Shown piece by piece: positions 1 through 9,920 of a stretch of 64,000 nt of DNA. The stretch comes from Minisyncoccota bacterium (GTDB lineage Bacteria > Patescibacteriota > Minisyncoccia > Phycocordibacterales > DASSSU01), in the NCBI GenBank assembly GCA_035708305.1, contig DASSSU010000030.1, forward strand, positions 9,649 through 73,648, given 5' to 3'. Numbering within the stretch: the stretch's first letter is position 1; each line of letters begins with the position of its first letter. A model generated the notes under the pieces. That model ran no database searches. It saw only the letters and a program-made list of their open reading frames with translations, and was not told where the DNA came from. Position numbers and translations under genes: made by a program.

Positions 1-120
1 ATCTCGCAGAGGGATAGGGTTTCGGGCTTACACGATCTTTTAAATGTTGGAAAAAAAGATGAAGTCTATGCTGAGCTCTCTCGCATCTATTCAGAGATCA
101 GAACTCTGATGGAGGCATAA
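1..120 (+). CDS. 3' end of a gene entering from the left edge (unknown product)
   Basis: Open frame from base 1 (ISQRDRVSGLHDLLNVGKKDEVYAELSRIYSEIRTLMEA) to TAA 118-120, followed by a terminator. Confidence 0.6.
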   Translation: MSQRDRVSGLHDLLNVGKKDEVYAELSRIYSEIRTLMEA

Positions 121-150
121 AAAGTCTTCTGACAACAGAGAGATTTCCTC

Positions 151-183
151 GCCCCCTCCTTTTTTTAAGGACGGGGGCTTTTT
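151..183 (+). terminator. Intrinsic terminator
   Basis: GCCCCCTCCT/AGGACGGGGGC stem followed by a T run. Confidence 0.6.
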
Positions 184-239
184 GACAAAGAAAAATACGC
201 GTATTATTCTTGGTTGGTAGGCTTACGAAGGAGATTGTC

Positions 240-419
240 ATGTACATCATCTCTGGTTTGAGTTCTAAGCCGTTCTTTTCTGTCTTTGGCGGTTTTGTGT
301 TGAAATGTATGTTCACAGGCGCGAAGGCATTGCTTTTCTTGGCAGTGGTACTGCTGGTCTCGGCGTCTTTCTTTTCATATCTCCTGCGAGACATGTTCGT
401 GAGCATAAAAAATCGTTAA
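240..419 (+). CDS. Small hydrophobic (membrane) protein, 59 aa
   Basis: TTGACA(182)-N17-TATTCT promoter, AAGGAG SD at 228-233, hydrophobic stretch, terminator downstream. Confidence 0.5.
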   Translation: MYIISGLSSKPFFSVFGGFVLKCMFTGAKALLFLAVVLLVSASFFSYLLRDMFVSIKNR

Positions 420-436
420 GCTTTTGCTTTCGTTCG

Positions 437-469
437 CCCGCTTCTTTTTTGGAAGCGGGTTTTGTTTTT
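437..469 (+). terminator. Intrinsic terminator
   Basis: CCCGCTTC/GAAGCGGG stem plus T tract. Confidence 0.7.
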
Positions 470-506
470 GTATTTCCTTTTTCAGAAAAAAAATTATACT
501 GAAGCC

Positions 507-1772
507 ATGAAACGCATCTATCTGGACCACGCCGCGGCAACACCTGTGGACGCTGGAGTTTTGGAAAAAATGCATCGCTTGGAGCGGGAGATTTTTGCCA
601 ACCCGAGTGCGCTCTATCGGGAAGGTTTGGAAGCTCGAAAGGTGGTGGAAACGGCGCGGCGGGAAATCGCGGAGCAGATCGCGGCGCACGCCGATGAAAT
701 CATTTTTGCCGGGAGCGGCACTGAAGCGAACAACCTCGCTCTGCTCGGTCTGGCACAGGAAGCGCAAAAGGGGCGGAGAAAAAATCACGTGCTGGTTTCG
801 GCCGTGGAGCATCCGTCGGTTTTGGAATGCGCCGCGCAACTGCGATCGTACGGATTTACGGTGGAGTTTTTGCCTGTTTCGTCCGCGGGGGTGGTGGAGG
901 TGAAAGCGTTGAAAGAAATGCTCCGACCGGAGACACTCTTTGTTTCCGTGATGTATGCCAACAACGAAATCGGAACAGTAGAGCCGATCAAAGAGATCGC
1001 AAAAATTCTTCGCAAGTTTCGAAAGGATCAAAAAAGCAATTTTCCATATTTGCACACCGATGCTTGCCAGGCGACAAACTATTTGGATATGAATGTCCAG
1101 AGGCTGGGGGTGGATCTCATGACGTGGAACAGCCCGAAGATTTACGGTCCGAAAGGGGCGGCGGCGCTTTTTAAAAAGCGGGGGATAAAAATTGCGCCAA
1201 TCGTGCACGGCGGCGGACAGGAGCATGGGCTGCGAAGTGCAACAGAAGACACGGCGCGGATTTTTGGCTTTGCGGAAGCAATGAAGCTTACGGGTGAGAA
1301 GAAAGAAGCGGAAAGCGCGCGGCTTGCGGAGTTGCGGGATTTTTTTATTCAGGCAGTGGAAAAAGAAATTTCCTGTGCGGTACTGAACGGGTCAAGACCG
1401 GAGACTGTTTCGGCCGGTCAGACGGTTTCCAGTCAAAATGACACAAAAAGACTTCCCAACAATGTAAATTTTTCTTTCCTCGGGCATGATGCCGAAGAAA
1501 TCGTTTTGCGGCTTGATGCAAAGGGAATTGCCGTTTCCGCCCGAAGTGCTTGCGCGAGTCTCTCGGACGGTGAAGACGAACTCGGCGGTTCGTACGTGGT
1601 CCGTGCGCTCGGGCAAGCGACTGTTTCGGACGAGAAACTTGCCAATCCTGGAGACAAGACGATAGAAGACCGCGCATTTTCTTCCGTACGCTTCACCCTC
1701 GGTCGCGGCACGACAAAAGCGGACATTGAAATTACCATCAAAGTGCTCAAGGAAATCATGGAGAGGTTTTGA
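507..1772 (+). CDS. iscS: Cysteine desulfurase (IscS/NifS family)
   Basis: IYLDHAAATP, GSGTEANN, YANNEIG, HTDACQ, PKIYGPKG, GGGQEHGLRS, SACAS catalytic Cys, SVRFTLGR. Confidence 0.93.
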   Translation: MKRIYLDHAAATPVDAGVLEKMHRLEREIFANPSALYREGLEARKVVETARREIAEQIAAHADEIIFAGSGTEANNLALLGLAQEAQKGRRKNHVLVSAVEHPSVLECAAQLRSYGFTVEFLPVSSAGVVEVKALKEMLRPETLFVSVMYANNEIGTVEPIKEIAKILRKFRKDQKSNFPYLHTDACQATNYLDMNVQRLGVDLMTWNSPKIYGPKGAAALFKKRGIKIAPIVHGGGQEHGLRSATEDTARIFGFAEAMKLTGEKKEAESARLAELRDFFIQAVEKEISCAVLNGSRPETVSAGQTVSSQNDTKRLPNNVNFSFLGHDAEEIVLRLDAKGIAVSARSACASLSDGEDELGGSYVVRALGQATVSDEKLANPGDKTIEDRAFSSVRFTLGRGTTKADIEITIKVLKEIMERF

Positions 1773-1774
1773 GA
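1746..1774 (+). repeat. Direct repeat copy A (nifS 3' end)
   Basis: CTCAAGGAAATCATGGAGAGGTTTTGAGA matches 4128-4156 at 27/29 positions. Confidence 0.9.
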
Positions 1775-1801
1775 AATTTCCCTCTGAGTTTTGTTTCTGG
1801 T

Positions 1802-2650
1802 TTATTCAGCAAACCATTCTTGCGCTGATTTTTTGCTGTTGGTGCTCGAAATATCCGGAGTCACTCCGTCCAGGTAGCTTTGTCTTTCTTTGTCTTGCAT
1901 CATTCCGGTACTGAGCCAAATGCGTATGTCGCCGATGACGAACTCTTCGTTTCCAGTTGTGTACCCGGCGGTTCTTTCTCCAAAAAGTTTCACATTCTTT
2001 TGACTTTTCAATGACATTGCCAGTGCTTCTCCTGAGCTGGTGGTTTCTTTTGAGATGAGGGCGGCAATTTTTTCCGGATGGTATTTTTCGTGATTGACGG
2101 CATCAAACCATTTTGTGTCCCCACAGTACACCCCGTCTTTTTTCAATTTCCAAGCATCTCTTTTTTCTTTATAAGAGTATTGAAAATATCCGAGGATCTT
2201 TGTTTCGTAAAGGGGGGCAAGTGCAGCAAACCACGGGTACATATTTCCACCGGTATTTTCTGAAAGATCAAGGATGAGATATTTCTTGTCTTTTATTTTT
2301 TGAAGCGCGGAAACAATATCCGTGTAATTTTTATATAAATGTTCAGGGTTATTGGTGGGGCAATAAAATCCTTGAAGTTTCAAAAGTCCGGTTTCTTTAT
2401 CGCAACTTTTAGAGATCACGCTTTTTTCCCGGTGGTTGTGGTGAGATGCTGTTTCTTCTCCCGGGCTTTCATTGAAAACAGCAAAGGAATGATGATCAAT
2501 CTCTCGCAACAAATCATTCACGGGGTCTATCTTTGTGAGTTGGTTGGGGACTTTTTTCAACTTTTTCTCGTAGGCGTTCCAATCAATATCATGAGAAAAA
2601 TAAGAGTATTGCTTCACGGTCCGGAGAAATTTTTCTTTATCGAAATACAT
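1802..2650 (-). CDS. S41 family (tail-specific-like) peptidase
   Basis: ILDLSENTGG, TTSSGE catalytic Ser motif, FGERTAG, GVTPD. Confidence 0.85.
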   Translation of the reverse strand: MYFDKEKFLRTVKQYSYFSHDIDWNAYEKKLKKVPNQLTKIDPVNDLLREIDHHSFAVFNESPGEETASHHNHREKSVISKSCDKETGLLKLQGFYCPTNNPEHLYKNYTDIVSALQKIKDKKYLILDLSENTGGNMYPWFAALAPLYETKILGYFQYSYKEKRDAWKLKKDGVYCGDTKWFDAVNHEKYHPEKIAALISKETTSSGEALAMSLKSQKNVKLFGERTAGYTTGNEEFVIGDIRIWLSTGMMQDKERQSYLDGVTPDISSTNSKKSAQEWFAE

Positions 2651-2760
2651 ATATATTTGTAATTAATTACCGATCCAACCAGTCTTTGACAAATTAGCAT
2701 ATATTGTTTAGATTGTCATACGGAACAATTCGTTCCATATCATCCTACAGGAGATTGGAA

Positions 2761-3417
2761 ATGGGAGCGATGAATAAGCATCCGTCTTGTAAGAAGTCGT
2801 GGCCGTGCACAACACAAGCCACCTATAATATATCAAAGGCTCTTGCTGATATTTTTTCAGCGAATGCTGCTCTTGAGCGAGCACTTCTTTCGGAGATGGA
2901 TGGAGCGGTGAATTTGTCATCTCTGCACGAAATGTGTGAAAAGGCAAGGAGTTCTTATGAAGCTCTTCAGGGTGCGCGCGAGCAACTTGATCGTGCTATC
3001 CAGATCGGCGAGTCAGAGAAAACACCGTATCTGGAGGGTTTTCAAAAATTAAGTGCGAACAAGCTCGGTCACTTGTGGGGCGATTCATTGGTTCCCGGAC
3101 AACGTGAAACGGTCATTAAGATTGCTTCAGAAATAAAGTCTGATCACCTTGCTCCAAGTAGACGGTTCGTACGAGAGCTGTTGAAGATTGAAGATCTCAC
3201 AAACCGAGTACTTCAATCATTTCAGCAAGTATATTCTCTGGGAGAAAAGAATGGACTTCGTGAGGCTTTGGAACAGAACAAAGTTCCGTTGCAAGCGAAC
3301 TTCGCTCTTCTGATGACTGTTTGGACGGATTTTCTCAGGGAGTACATAATGGACTCTCTGATCGCCACTCATGTGGTGTTTGAGGTAGAAGGTTATCCGT
3401 CCTTGAAGGTATCGTAA
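2761..3417 (+). CDS. Hypothetical helical protein
   Basis: Long ORF with TTGACA(2686)-N17-TAGATT promoter, AGGAG SD and terminator at 3481-3509. Confidence 0.7.
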   Translation: MGAMNKHPSCKKSWPCTTQATYNISKALADIFSANAALERALLSEMDGAVNLSSLHEMCEKARSSYEALQGAREQLDRAIQIGESEKTPYLEGFQKLSANKLGHLWGDSLVPGQRETVIKIASEIKSDHLAPSRRFVRELLKIEDLTNRVLQSFQQVYSLGEKNGLREALEQNKVPLQANFALLMTVWTDFLREYIMDSLIATHVVFEVEGYPSLKVS

Positions 3418-3480
3418 CGATAAGTTACAGTTCTTTGTGTAGAAAATAGTTAAATAATTCCCTTTGTGATTTACAATTTT

Positions 3481-3509
3481 AACTCCTGTCTTGCACGGGA
3501 GTTCTTTTT
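3481..3509 (+). terminator. Intrinsic terminator
   Basis: AACTCCTGT/ACGGGAGTT stem plus T run. Confidence 0.6.
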
Positions 3510-3599
3510 ACTGAAAGAATTGAGGTTTATATTAAATCAAATTTAATATTCTGAGAGAAATTTAGATTATAATCAGTTGAACAGATATTGATCAAAGAT

Positions 3600-4088
3600 A
3601 TGAATATGCTTCGGTTAAGAAAATTAAAAATTGATGACAAAAAATATTTTGCACAATGGTGGAGAGATGTGGAATTACTTAAGTTCACCAGTGGTGTTTT
3701 GAAGCGTATTTCAGATGAGGAGCTTGATGAGTATTTTCAAAATATTTTTACCAGCACAAAAGATTATCATTTTTTGATTACATTAAATAAAAAAGTTATC
3801 GGTCATATATCTTTGTCTCAAAGAAAGAATGGTTGGTATGAAATACAAATAATTATAGGTGAAGAGCAATTTCGAGGAAAAGGATATGGTTCGAAGGCAA
3901 TTAAGCTTGCTGTGAGTAGGGCAAAACGATTAGGAATTGCTCAAATTTATCTAGAAGTAAGGCCGAACAATACCAGAGCCATTCATGCCTATGAGTATTG
4001 CGGTTTTCAAAAAGTAAGAACAATAACGTATCCCAAAAACAAATATTTGTTGAAAACAATCCGAATGGAATTAAACATAGATCTTTAG
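3600..4088 (+). CDS. GNAT N-acetyltransferase (RimJ/RimL-like)
   Basis: FRGKGYG acetyl-CoA motif, LEVRPNNTRAIHAYEYCGF. Confidence 0.9.
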   Translation: MNMLRLRKLKIDDKKYFAQWWRDVELLKFTSGVLKRISDEELDEYFQNIFTSTKDYHFLITLNKKVIGHISLSQRKNGWYEIQIIIGEEQFRGKGYGSKAIKLAVSRAKRLGIAQIYLEVRPNNTRAIHAYEYCGFQKVRTITYPKNKYLLKTIRMELNIDL

Positions 4089-4127
4089 AACTATGGAAGA
4101 AAGTAGATGGAAAATGAATAATGAAGC

Positions 4128-4156
4128 CTCAAAGAAATTATGGAGAGGTTTTGAGA
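4128..4156 (+). repeat. Direct repeat copy B: orphan nifS 3'-end remnant (LKEIMERF*)
   Basis: CTCAAAGAAATTATGGAGAGGTTTTGAGA; both differences from copy A are synonymous third positions. Confidence 0.9.
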
Positions 4157-4228
4157 TTTGCATTACCGGGAAAAATATGTAAGGTGGAAATATTACCGAA
4201 TTTTCCCCTTAATTCTCTGCTTTCCTTT

Positions 4229-7200
4229 ATGAAAAAATTTTTCCCGATTCGCTTGTTCTTTGTTTTCATTTTCTCACTCTTTCTTTTTTTACTCAATTCT
4301 GCTTTCGCTTTTGCAGACACGTACACCATCACCACGGCAGCTGATGGTGGTGATTGTACGAAGATCGGCACCTGGTCCGCTGACACACTCACGTGTACGA
4401 TGACACAAGATCTTCAGGGTTCTTCCGTGGTGATCGACGGAGATCATATCATTTTTGACGGTGCGGGGCATGTGGTGGGTGGGAGCTCTTTATTAGATAT
4501 CGAAGTAATGGCACAGGAAGGTTCGGGTATTACCATAAAAAATCTTCAAATACAGAATGGTGATGTTGGAATCGTGATTCTGGAGGATGCAAAAAATTCA
4601 AAAATAGAGAATGTTACGATTACGGCATCTGGTTATGGGGTAGAAATATTTGGTCCCAAAGATTTTTCCTTTTCAGATCATCATTCAACCATTTCGGGAA
4701 GTACATTTTCTCAGAATGCTGGTGGGGTGAAGATCTTTCATTCAGCTGAGGATGTTTTGCAGGGAAATACGTTTGCCAACAATGAAAACGCGGTTTCATT
4801 GTACAATGCGACAAGCACCACTATTTCCTCGAATCATTTTGAAAAAAATACTGAAGCACTCGATCTTTACACGGTTACTAACGTGTCTATCTCACAAAAT
4901 TCGATGTCCGAAAATGGTGATGCCATAATTGTATATGGCGGGGCAGAGAATCATTTTGTTGGAAACACTATTTCGAGAAGCAAATCTTCCGGAGTGACAA
5001 TGTATGGATCAGAAAAAGATGTCTTTACACTTAACACATGGAAAGAAAATGGAGTTGGTTTACTTTTGTATGGGGATTCAAACGGTGGGAACGCTTTTTA
5101 TCGAAATAATTTTATTGATAACGGTGAGAGTTTGAAGACTTATAAAGATTTGTCTCAGGATTCGTTTTTCCAAACAATTCCTTCCAAGGATTACGGTGGG
5201 AATTACTGGAGTGATTTTGATACTGCGGAAGAAGGCTGCCAAGATACAAACGCCGATGGTTTTTGTGATGATCCGTATAGCATCATCAACGATAACAGTA
5301 GAGAGCGGGTAAGTCCTGACCGCTTTGCCTGGACGAAGCCAAATGGCTGGGAGAATCAATGTGTTAAGGGTTGTTATTCGAATGTGGCATTCATTCCGGG
5401 CATAGAAGGGAGCCGGCTCTACACAGATGGATTTATCGGAAGCAATCAACTTTGGAAACCGAACCGAAATGCAGATGTTGAAAAGCTGTACATGGACGAT
5501 CAAGGGAAGAGTATCAACCATGTTTTTGTGGGTGAGCCGATCGATCAAGTGTATGGTGTTGGAGAAAATATCTATAAAGGCTACATGGATTTTATGGATG
5601 GTCTTGTCTCGGATGGAACCATCGAAGGTTGGCAACCACTGCCGTATGACTGGCGGTACGATGTACGAGATGTGGTAAAGTATCCGATAATACTTGAATC
5701 TGGTGCTTACTCAATGGTGGACAGAATAGAGAAGCTGGCAAAAACATCAAAAACCGGGAAAGTGACGATTGTGGCGCATTCCAATGGCGGACTGGTGGGG
5801 AAAGCACTTATTTCTGCTTTGGTGGCGAAAGGAGAGGGAGGTCTTATTGATCAGTTTATTATGGTCGGCACTCCTCAACTGGGCACCCCGGAAGCGCTCC
5901 CGGTGCTTTTGCACGGAGAAGACCAAGAGCAAGGGCATGGGTTTATTGTGAATAAAGCAACTGGAAGAAAAGCAGCGCTTACCATGCCGGGGGCGTATGG
6001 TTTACTTCCATTTCCGGATTACTTTCAGGCGGTAAATACAATTGCTCAGCCACTTATAAAATTTGATCCCAAGCTTAACACCTCTGAAATTAAAAATTTA
6101 GAAAATTTTTATGGAGGGCAGATTGATTCAGAAAGCAAAATGGATCAATTTCTTTTGGGGGCGGATGGGAGGTCACAGGCGGCTTTCAGTGACACGGAAC
6201 ACCCAAGTATTGTAAATCCTGTTCTTCTTTCCAAAGAGCAAAATACGCAGCAGTTTCTTGAAAATTGGACTGCTCCAAGCAATGTGCAGATTACTCAGAT
6301 TGCCGGCTGGGGGCTTAAAACTATTCAAGGAATAACATACACTGAACCACTCGGATGTGCCCCTGAACTAACTCCTTGTGTGAGGATTCCGGTAGACGGA
6401 TTTTGGTATGAACCAGATCTCACTATGGAAGGAGATGGTACAGTTGTGTCCTCAAGCGCGGTTGCAGATAAGAATGTGAAGACATATTATCTAAAGTTGG
6501 ATGACTATAATGAGCGCGAACTTTCTAATGTAAAGCATGGGAATATCCTTGAAGTTCTCTCTCTTCAAAATTTAATTAAAGAGCTCATAGAAAAATCTCC
6601 GGTTGAAAATTTTCCGTATATTTCTGATACCAAACCACTCGTTGATCCATCAAAAGAGAGTTACCAACTTAGTGTGCATTCCCCAGTTTCCCTCAGTGCT
6701 ACCGATGAAAATGGAAACTGTACCGGGCTTGTCGATAATCCAAATCCCGATTCAGACATTCAACTTGTTAGCCAAGAAATTCCAAACAGCTATTATATGG
6801 AATTTGGAGAAGGAAAATACCTCGGCTTTGGAGGAGGGGAGTCTCACACTATCGCTCTCCATGGTCTCGACTATGGCACCTTCACTTTTGATATTACCGA
6901 AGTGGATGGAGATGAAGAAACAAAAACTATTTCTTACCAAAACATTCCTGTCACGCCAGATACGATCGCAGTAATGAACATTCAGTCTCTGAGCAGTCAC
7001 TCTCCACTTGAGATTGATCTTGATGGAGATGGAACAAGTGACTTTTCTCTTGAAGATGGAAATCAAAGCCTTGATCCAGTCACGTATGTTTCTTTTATTG
7101 AGAAAAGTCTCGTGGATATGCATCTTCAAAACGGCATTGAGAAGAGCACGGGAGCACAGCTGGAAAATCTCAAGCGTACCCTGCAAAAGCCTGAGAAAAA

Positions 7201-7357
7201 AGGAAAAAATTCTGGAAAAGATACTTCTAAACTGCTAAAAGACATCGATCAACTTTCCGACAAAATCACTCGCGATCAAATGCACGGAAAAATTCCAGCC
7301 AAACAGGCGGAAGTGTTGATAAAAGAATTGGGGATATTGAAGGGGTTGGTAGAATAG
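4229..7357 (+). CDS. Large secreted protein: parallel beta-helix (NosD/CASH-like) plus LCAT/lipase-type alpha/beta hydrolase
   Basis: Signal peptide ending AFA-D; Asn-ladder repeats and GGNYWSDF; FIPGIEGS, YDWR, IVAHSNGG, GTPQLG, GDGTV, VKH. Confidence 0.8.
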   Translation: MKKFFPIRLFFVFIFSLFLFLLNSAFAFADTYTITTAADGGDCTKIGTWSADTLTCTMTQDLQGSSVVIDGDHIIFDGAGHVVGGSSLLDIEVMAQEGSGITIKNLQIQNGDVGIVILEDAKNSKIENVTITASGYGVEIFGPKDFSFSDHHSTISGSTFSQNAGGVKIFHSAEDVLQGNTFANNENAVSLYNATSTTISSNHFEKNTEALDLYTVTNVSISQNSMSENGDAIIVYGGAENHFVGNTISRSKSSGVTMYGSEKDVFTLNTWKENGVGLLLYGDSNGGNAFYRNNFIDNGESLKTYKDLSQDSFFQTIPSKDYGGNYWSDFDTAEEGCQDTNADGFCDDPYSIINDNSRERVSPDRFAWTKPNGWENQCVKGCYSNVAFIPGIEGSRLYTDGFIGSNQLWKPNRNADVEKLYMDDQGKSINHVFVGEPIDQVYGVGENIYKGYMDFMDGLVSDGTIEGWQPLPYDWRYDVRDVVKYPIILESGAYSMVDRIEKLAKTSKTGKVTIVAHSNGGLVGKALISALVAKGEGGLIDQFIMVGTPQLGTPEALPVLLHGEDQEQGHGFIVNKATGRKAALTMPGAYGLLPFPDYFQAVNTIAQPLIKFDPKLNTSEIKNLENFYGGQIDSESKMDQFLLGADGRSQAAFSDTEHPSIVNPVLLSKEQNTQQFLENWTAPSNVQITQIAGWGLKTIQGITYTEPLGCAPELTPCVRIPVDGFWYEPDLTMEGDGTVVSSSAVADKNVKTYYLKLDDYNERELSNVKHGNILEVLSLQNLIKELIEKSPVENFPYISDTKPLVDPSKESYQLSVHSPVSLSATDENGNCTGLVDNPNPDSDIQLVSQEIPNSYYMEFGEGKYLGFGGGESHTIALHGLDYGTFTFDITEVDGDEETKTISYQNIPVTPDTIAVMNIQSLSSHSPLEIDLDGDGTSDFSLEDGNQSLDPVTYVSFIEKSLVDMHLQNGIEKSTGAQLENLKRTLQKPEKKGKNSGKDTSKLLKDIDQLSDKITRDQMHGKIPAKQAEVLIKELGILKGLVE

Positions 7358-7391
7358 GGAATATTAAGTACAAAAAAACATTAAGTAATTT

Positions 7392-8171
7392 ATGGATTAT
7401 AAAATTAAACTTTCCTTAACAGCACTTCTTTTATTTTTTCTATTTTTGTGTGTTTTTCCTGAAGTTATATTTTTGTTGGGCGTGCCACAATTTTTCCCGT
7501 TTGTCTGGCAAACGGCTCTCATTTTCTATGCTTTTGAGGTTCTGATTTTTTTGGTTCTCGCAATCCTTTGGCCTCAGCGATTCAGACTGTGGAAAATATT
7601 TGTTTTGTTTTTTCTTCTTTTCTCATTTCTAGTAATTTTTTCAACACCTGAATTTACTGGCGGGGGATGGGCATTGAATGATTTAGACAGGGAGGGCGTG
7701 ATATGGTTTCACTCTATCTCTTTTGTTGTAATTTCTTTGGTTTTTGGGGTATGGTCATTTATTGAGGTTTTCTTATCTCGAAGAACACAATTAAAAAATA
7801 ACCTCGGACGCAAGAAGTTTCTCGTAAACATAATACCTGTTGCTGTTACTTTTTTGCTGGTGTTAGCATTGAGCTTTATATTTGGTTTTGATTCTTATGG
7901 AGATTTTGCATATGTATTATTTTTGAGTTTAATCGGAGGTATTTTGTTGCTGCATCTTTTTTACTTTGCTTATCTGTGTGGATTGAGACTCTCTGATTCG
8001 GGGCATTCAAAAAAATGGTTAATTTTGCTTACAATACCTCTTATCCCTGTTTTCATTCTGCCACCATTCGGTGTCTTACTTTCTATTTTTCTCTCTCCTT
8101 TTTACTTGTTGGTAATTATTATTTTAGGAATTTTACCAAAATCAAACAACAACTTTAGAAAAATGACTTGA
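7392..8171 (+). CDS. Polytopic membrane protein with C-terminal DUF805-like region
   Basis: Multiple TM segments; RLSDSGHSKKW resembles the DUF805 RLHDxGxSGW motif; ends LP-S-NNNF. Confidence 0.65.
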   Translation: MDYKIKLSLTALLLFFLFLCVFPEVIFLLGVPQFFPFVWQTALIFYAFEVLIFLVLAILWPQRFRLWKIFVLFFLLFSFLVIFSTPEFTGGGWALNDLDREGVIWFHSISFVVISLVFGVWSFIEVFLSRRTQLKNNLGRKKFLVNIIPVAVTFLLVLALSFIFGFDSYGDFAYVLFLSLIGGILLLHLFYFAYLCGLRLSDSGHSKKWLILLTIPLIPVFILPPFGVLLSIFLSPFYLLVIIILGILPKSNNNFRKMT

Positions 8172-8229
8172 AAGCCGGTGCAGAAATAAGCATTTTGTCC
8201 CCGCGGAGTTTCTGATATAATGAAACGCA

Positions 8230-9141
8230 ATGACAGAAGATGAAGGGAAGCACGTCAGTAAGAAAGAGCACCTTGAGAAGAGAATCAAAGAAATCGAAGA
8301 CGCCATGATGCGTCCGGACTTTTGGGATGACAAAGACAAAGCGCAGCGGGAAATTCGCGAAATGAACGATCTCAAAGACGCGCTGGAAGGTGTCGGGAAA
8401 TACGACAAAAAGAACGCTGTTTTCACGATTTTTTCCGGTGCGGGAGGCGATGATGCGGAGGATTTTTCCCGAATGCTTTTTGACATGTACCAAAAATGCG
8501 CGGCGGAGAAAAACTTTGGGATAAAGATCTTGCACGAAAACCAAAATGACCACGGCGGTTACCGCAACATTTCCTTTGAAGTCGAAGGGAAGAACGCGTA
8601 CGGGATTTTCAAAAATGAATCCGGTGTGCATCGCTTGGTCCGCATCAGTCCGTTTAATGCCAAAAAGCTGCGCCACACTTCTTTTTCTTTGGTGGAAGTC
8701 ATTCCGAAGTTCGACATTGAGTCTGATTCTGACATTGTGATTCCCGACAAAGATCTGAAGGTGGAGTTTTCACGGTCAAGTGGTCCTGGCGGGCAAAATG
8801 CGAACAAACGAGAAACGGCGGTCCGGGTGGTGCACATTCCGACGAACCTTTCCGCCAGCGCTGAATCCGAGCGTTCCCAGGAGCAGAACAAAGCACAGGC
8901 ACTCAGTCTTCTGAAAGCCAAGATTTACCGCCGGATCGAAGAAAATCGCATTGAAGAAAAAGAAGGCATGTACGTTTCCAAAACAACCGAGGCGGAGTGG
9001 GGGAATCAGATCCGTTCGTACGTGCTTCATCCATACAAAATGGTGAAGGACCATCGGACGGGAGTGGAGACCCACGACGTAGATGCGGTACTGAACGGAG
9101 GATTGGACGCGTTCCTTGAGGCGGAAAGAAATATTGAATAG
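8230..9141 (+). CDS. prfB: Peptide chain release factor 2 (short form, no frameshift)
   Basis: ESGVHRLVRISPF (SPF anticodon), SSGPGGQN, RSQEQN, WGNQIRSYVLHPY. Confidence 0.93.
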   Translation: MTEDEGKHVSKKEHLEKRIKEIEDAMMRPDFWDDKDKAQREIREMNDLKDALEGVGKYDKKNAVFTIFSGAGGDDAEDFSRMLFDMYQKCAAEKNFGIKILHENQNDHGGYRNISFEVEGKNAYGIFKNESGVHRLVRISPFNAKKLRHTSFSLVEVIPKFDIESDSDIVIPDKDLKVEFSRSSGPGGQNANKRETAVRVVHIPTNLSASAESERSQEQNKAQALSLLKAKIYRRIEENRIEEKEGMYVSKTTEAEWGNQIRSYVLHPYKMVKDHRTGVETHDVDAVLNGGLDAFLEAERNIE

Positions 9142-9176
9142 CAGAAAGAAAAAAAGTATAAACGAGCAAATTTAAG

Positions 9177-9920
9177 ATGAAACACGGAGACAAAAAACAT
9201 ATGGAAGACGCTGAAGATGGCGGAAGCGAACGAAAAAGCATCATTCGCTTTGAAAAAGTCTGCAAAAAATATCCAAATGACTCGATCGCACTTCAGGATA
9301 TTTCGTTTTCGGTGATGCCGGGGGAGATTGTGTCTGTGGTTGGGCATTCCGGTGCAGGGAAAACGACGATTTTGAAGATGCTCATTGCAGAAGACCGTCC
9401 GTCGTCCGGGCAGGTTTTCTTCGAGACGGCTGATGTACACAAACTGAAGCGCCGTGAAGTCACCACGCTCAGAAAACGCATTGGAACGGTCTTTCAAAAC
9501 TACCGCCTTCTGCCGCACAAGACCGCGTTTGAAAACATCGCTTTTGCTATGGAAGCCGCAGGAAGGAGCAACGAAGACATCAAGTCAGATGTGCCACAGG
9601 TGCTTGATTTGGTGGATCTTCACGACAAACTGAACAGCTTTCCGCATGAGCTCTCCGGCGGAGAAAAGCAGCGGGTGGCAATCGCCCGCGCGATCATCAA
9701 CCAGCCGGACTTGATCATTGCTGACGAGCCGACTGGCAACCTCGACCCGGTCAACACGTATGAAATCGTGCAGATTTTAAAGAAAATCAACGACTTTGGA
9801 ACAACGGTGGTTTTGACAACGCACAACAAAGGTGTGGTGGAGTCACTGGGAAGTCGGGTGATCACGGTGGACGGAGGGAGGATTGTGCGGGACGATCCGA
9901 CGGGGCGCTATGTGTTATAG
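9177..9920 (+). CDS. ftsE: Cell division ATP-binding protein FtsE
   Basis: [25 protein letters not shown]; upstream of ftsX. Confidence 0.92.
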   Translation: MKHGDKKHMEDAEDGGSERKSIIRFEKVCKKYPNDSIALQDISFSVMPGEIVSVVGHSGAGKTTILKMLIAEDRPSSGQVFFETADVHKLKRREVTTLRKRIGTVFQNYRLLPHKTAFENIAFAMEAAGRSNEDIKSDVPQVLDLVDLHDKLNSFPHELSGGEKQRVAIARAIINQPDLIIADEPTGNLDPVNTYEIVQILKKINDFGTTVVLTTHNKGVVESLGSRVITVDGGRIVRDDPTGRYVL

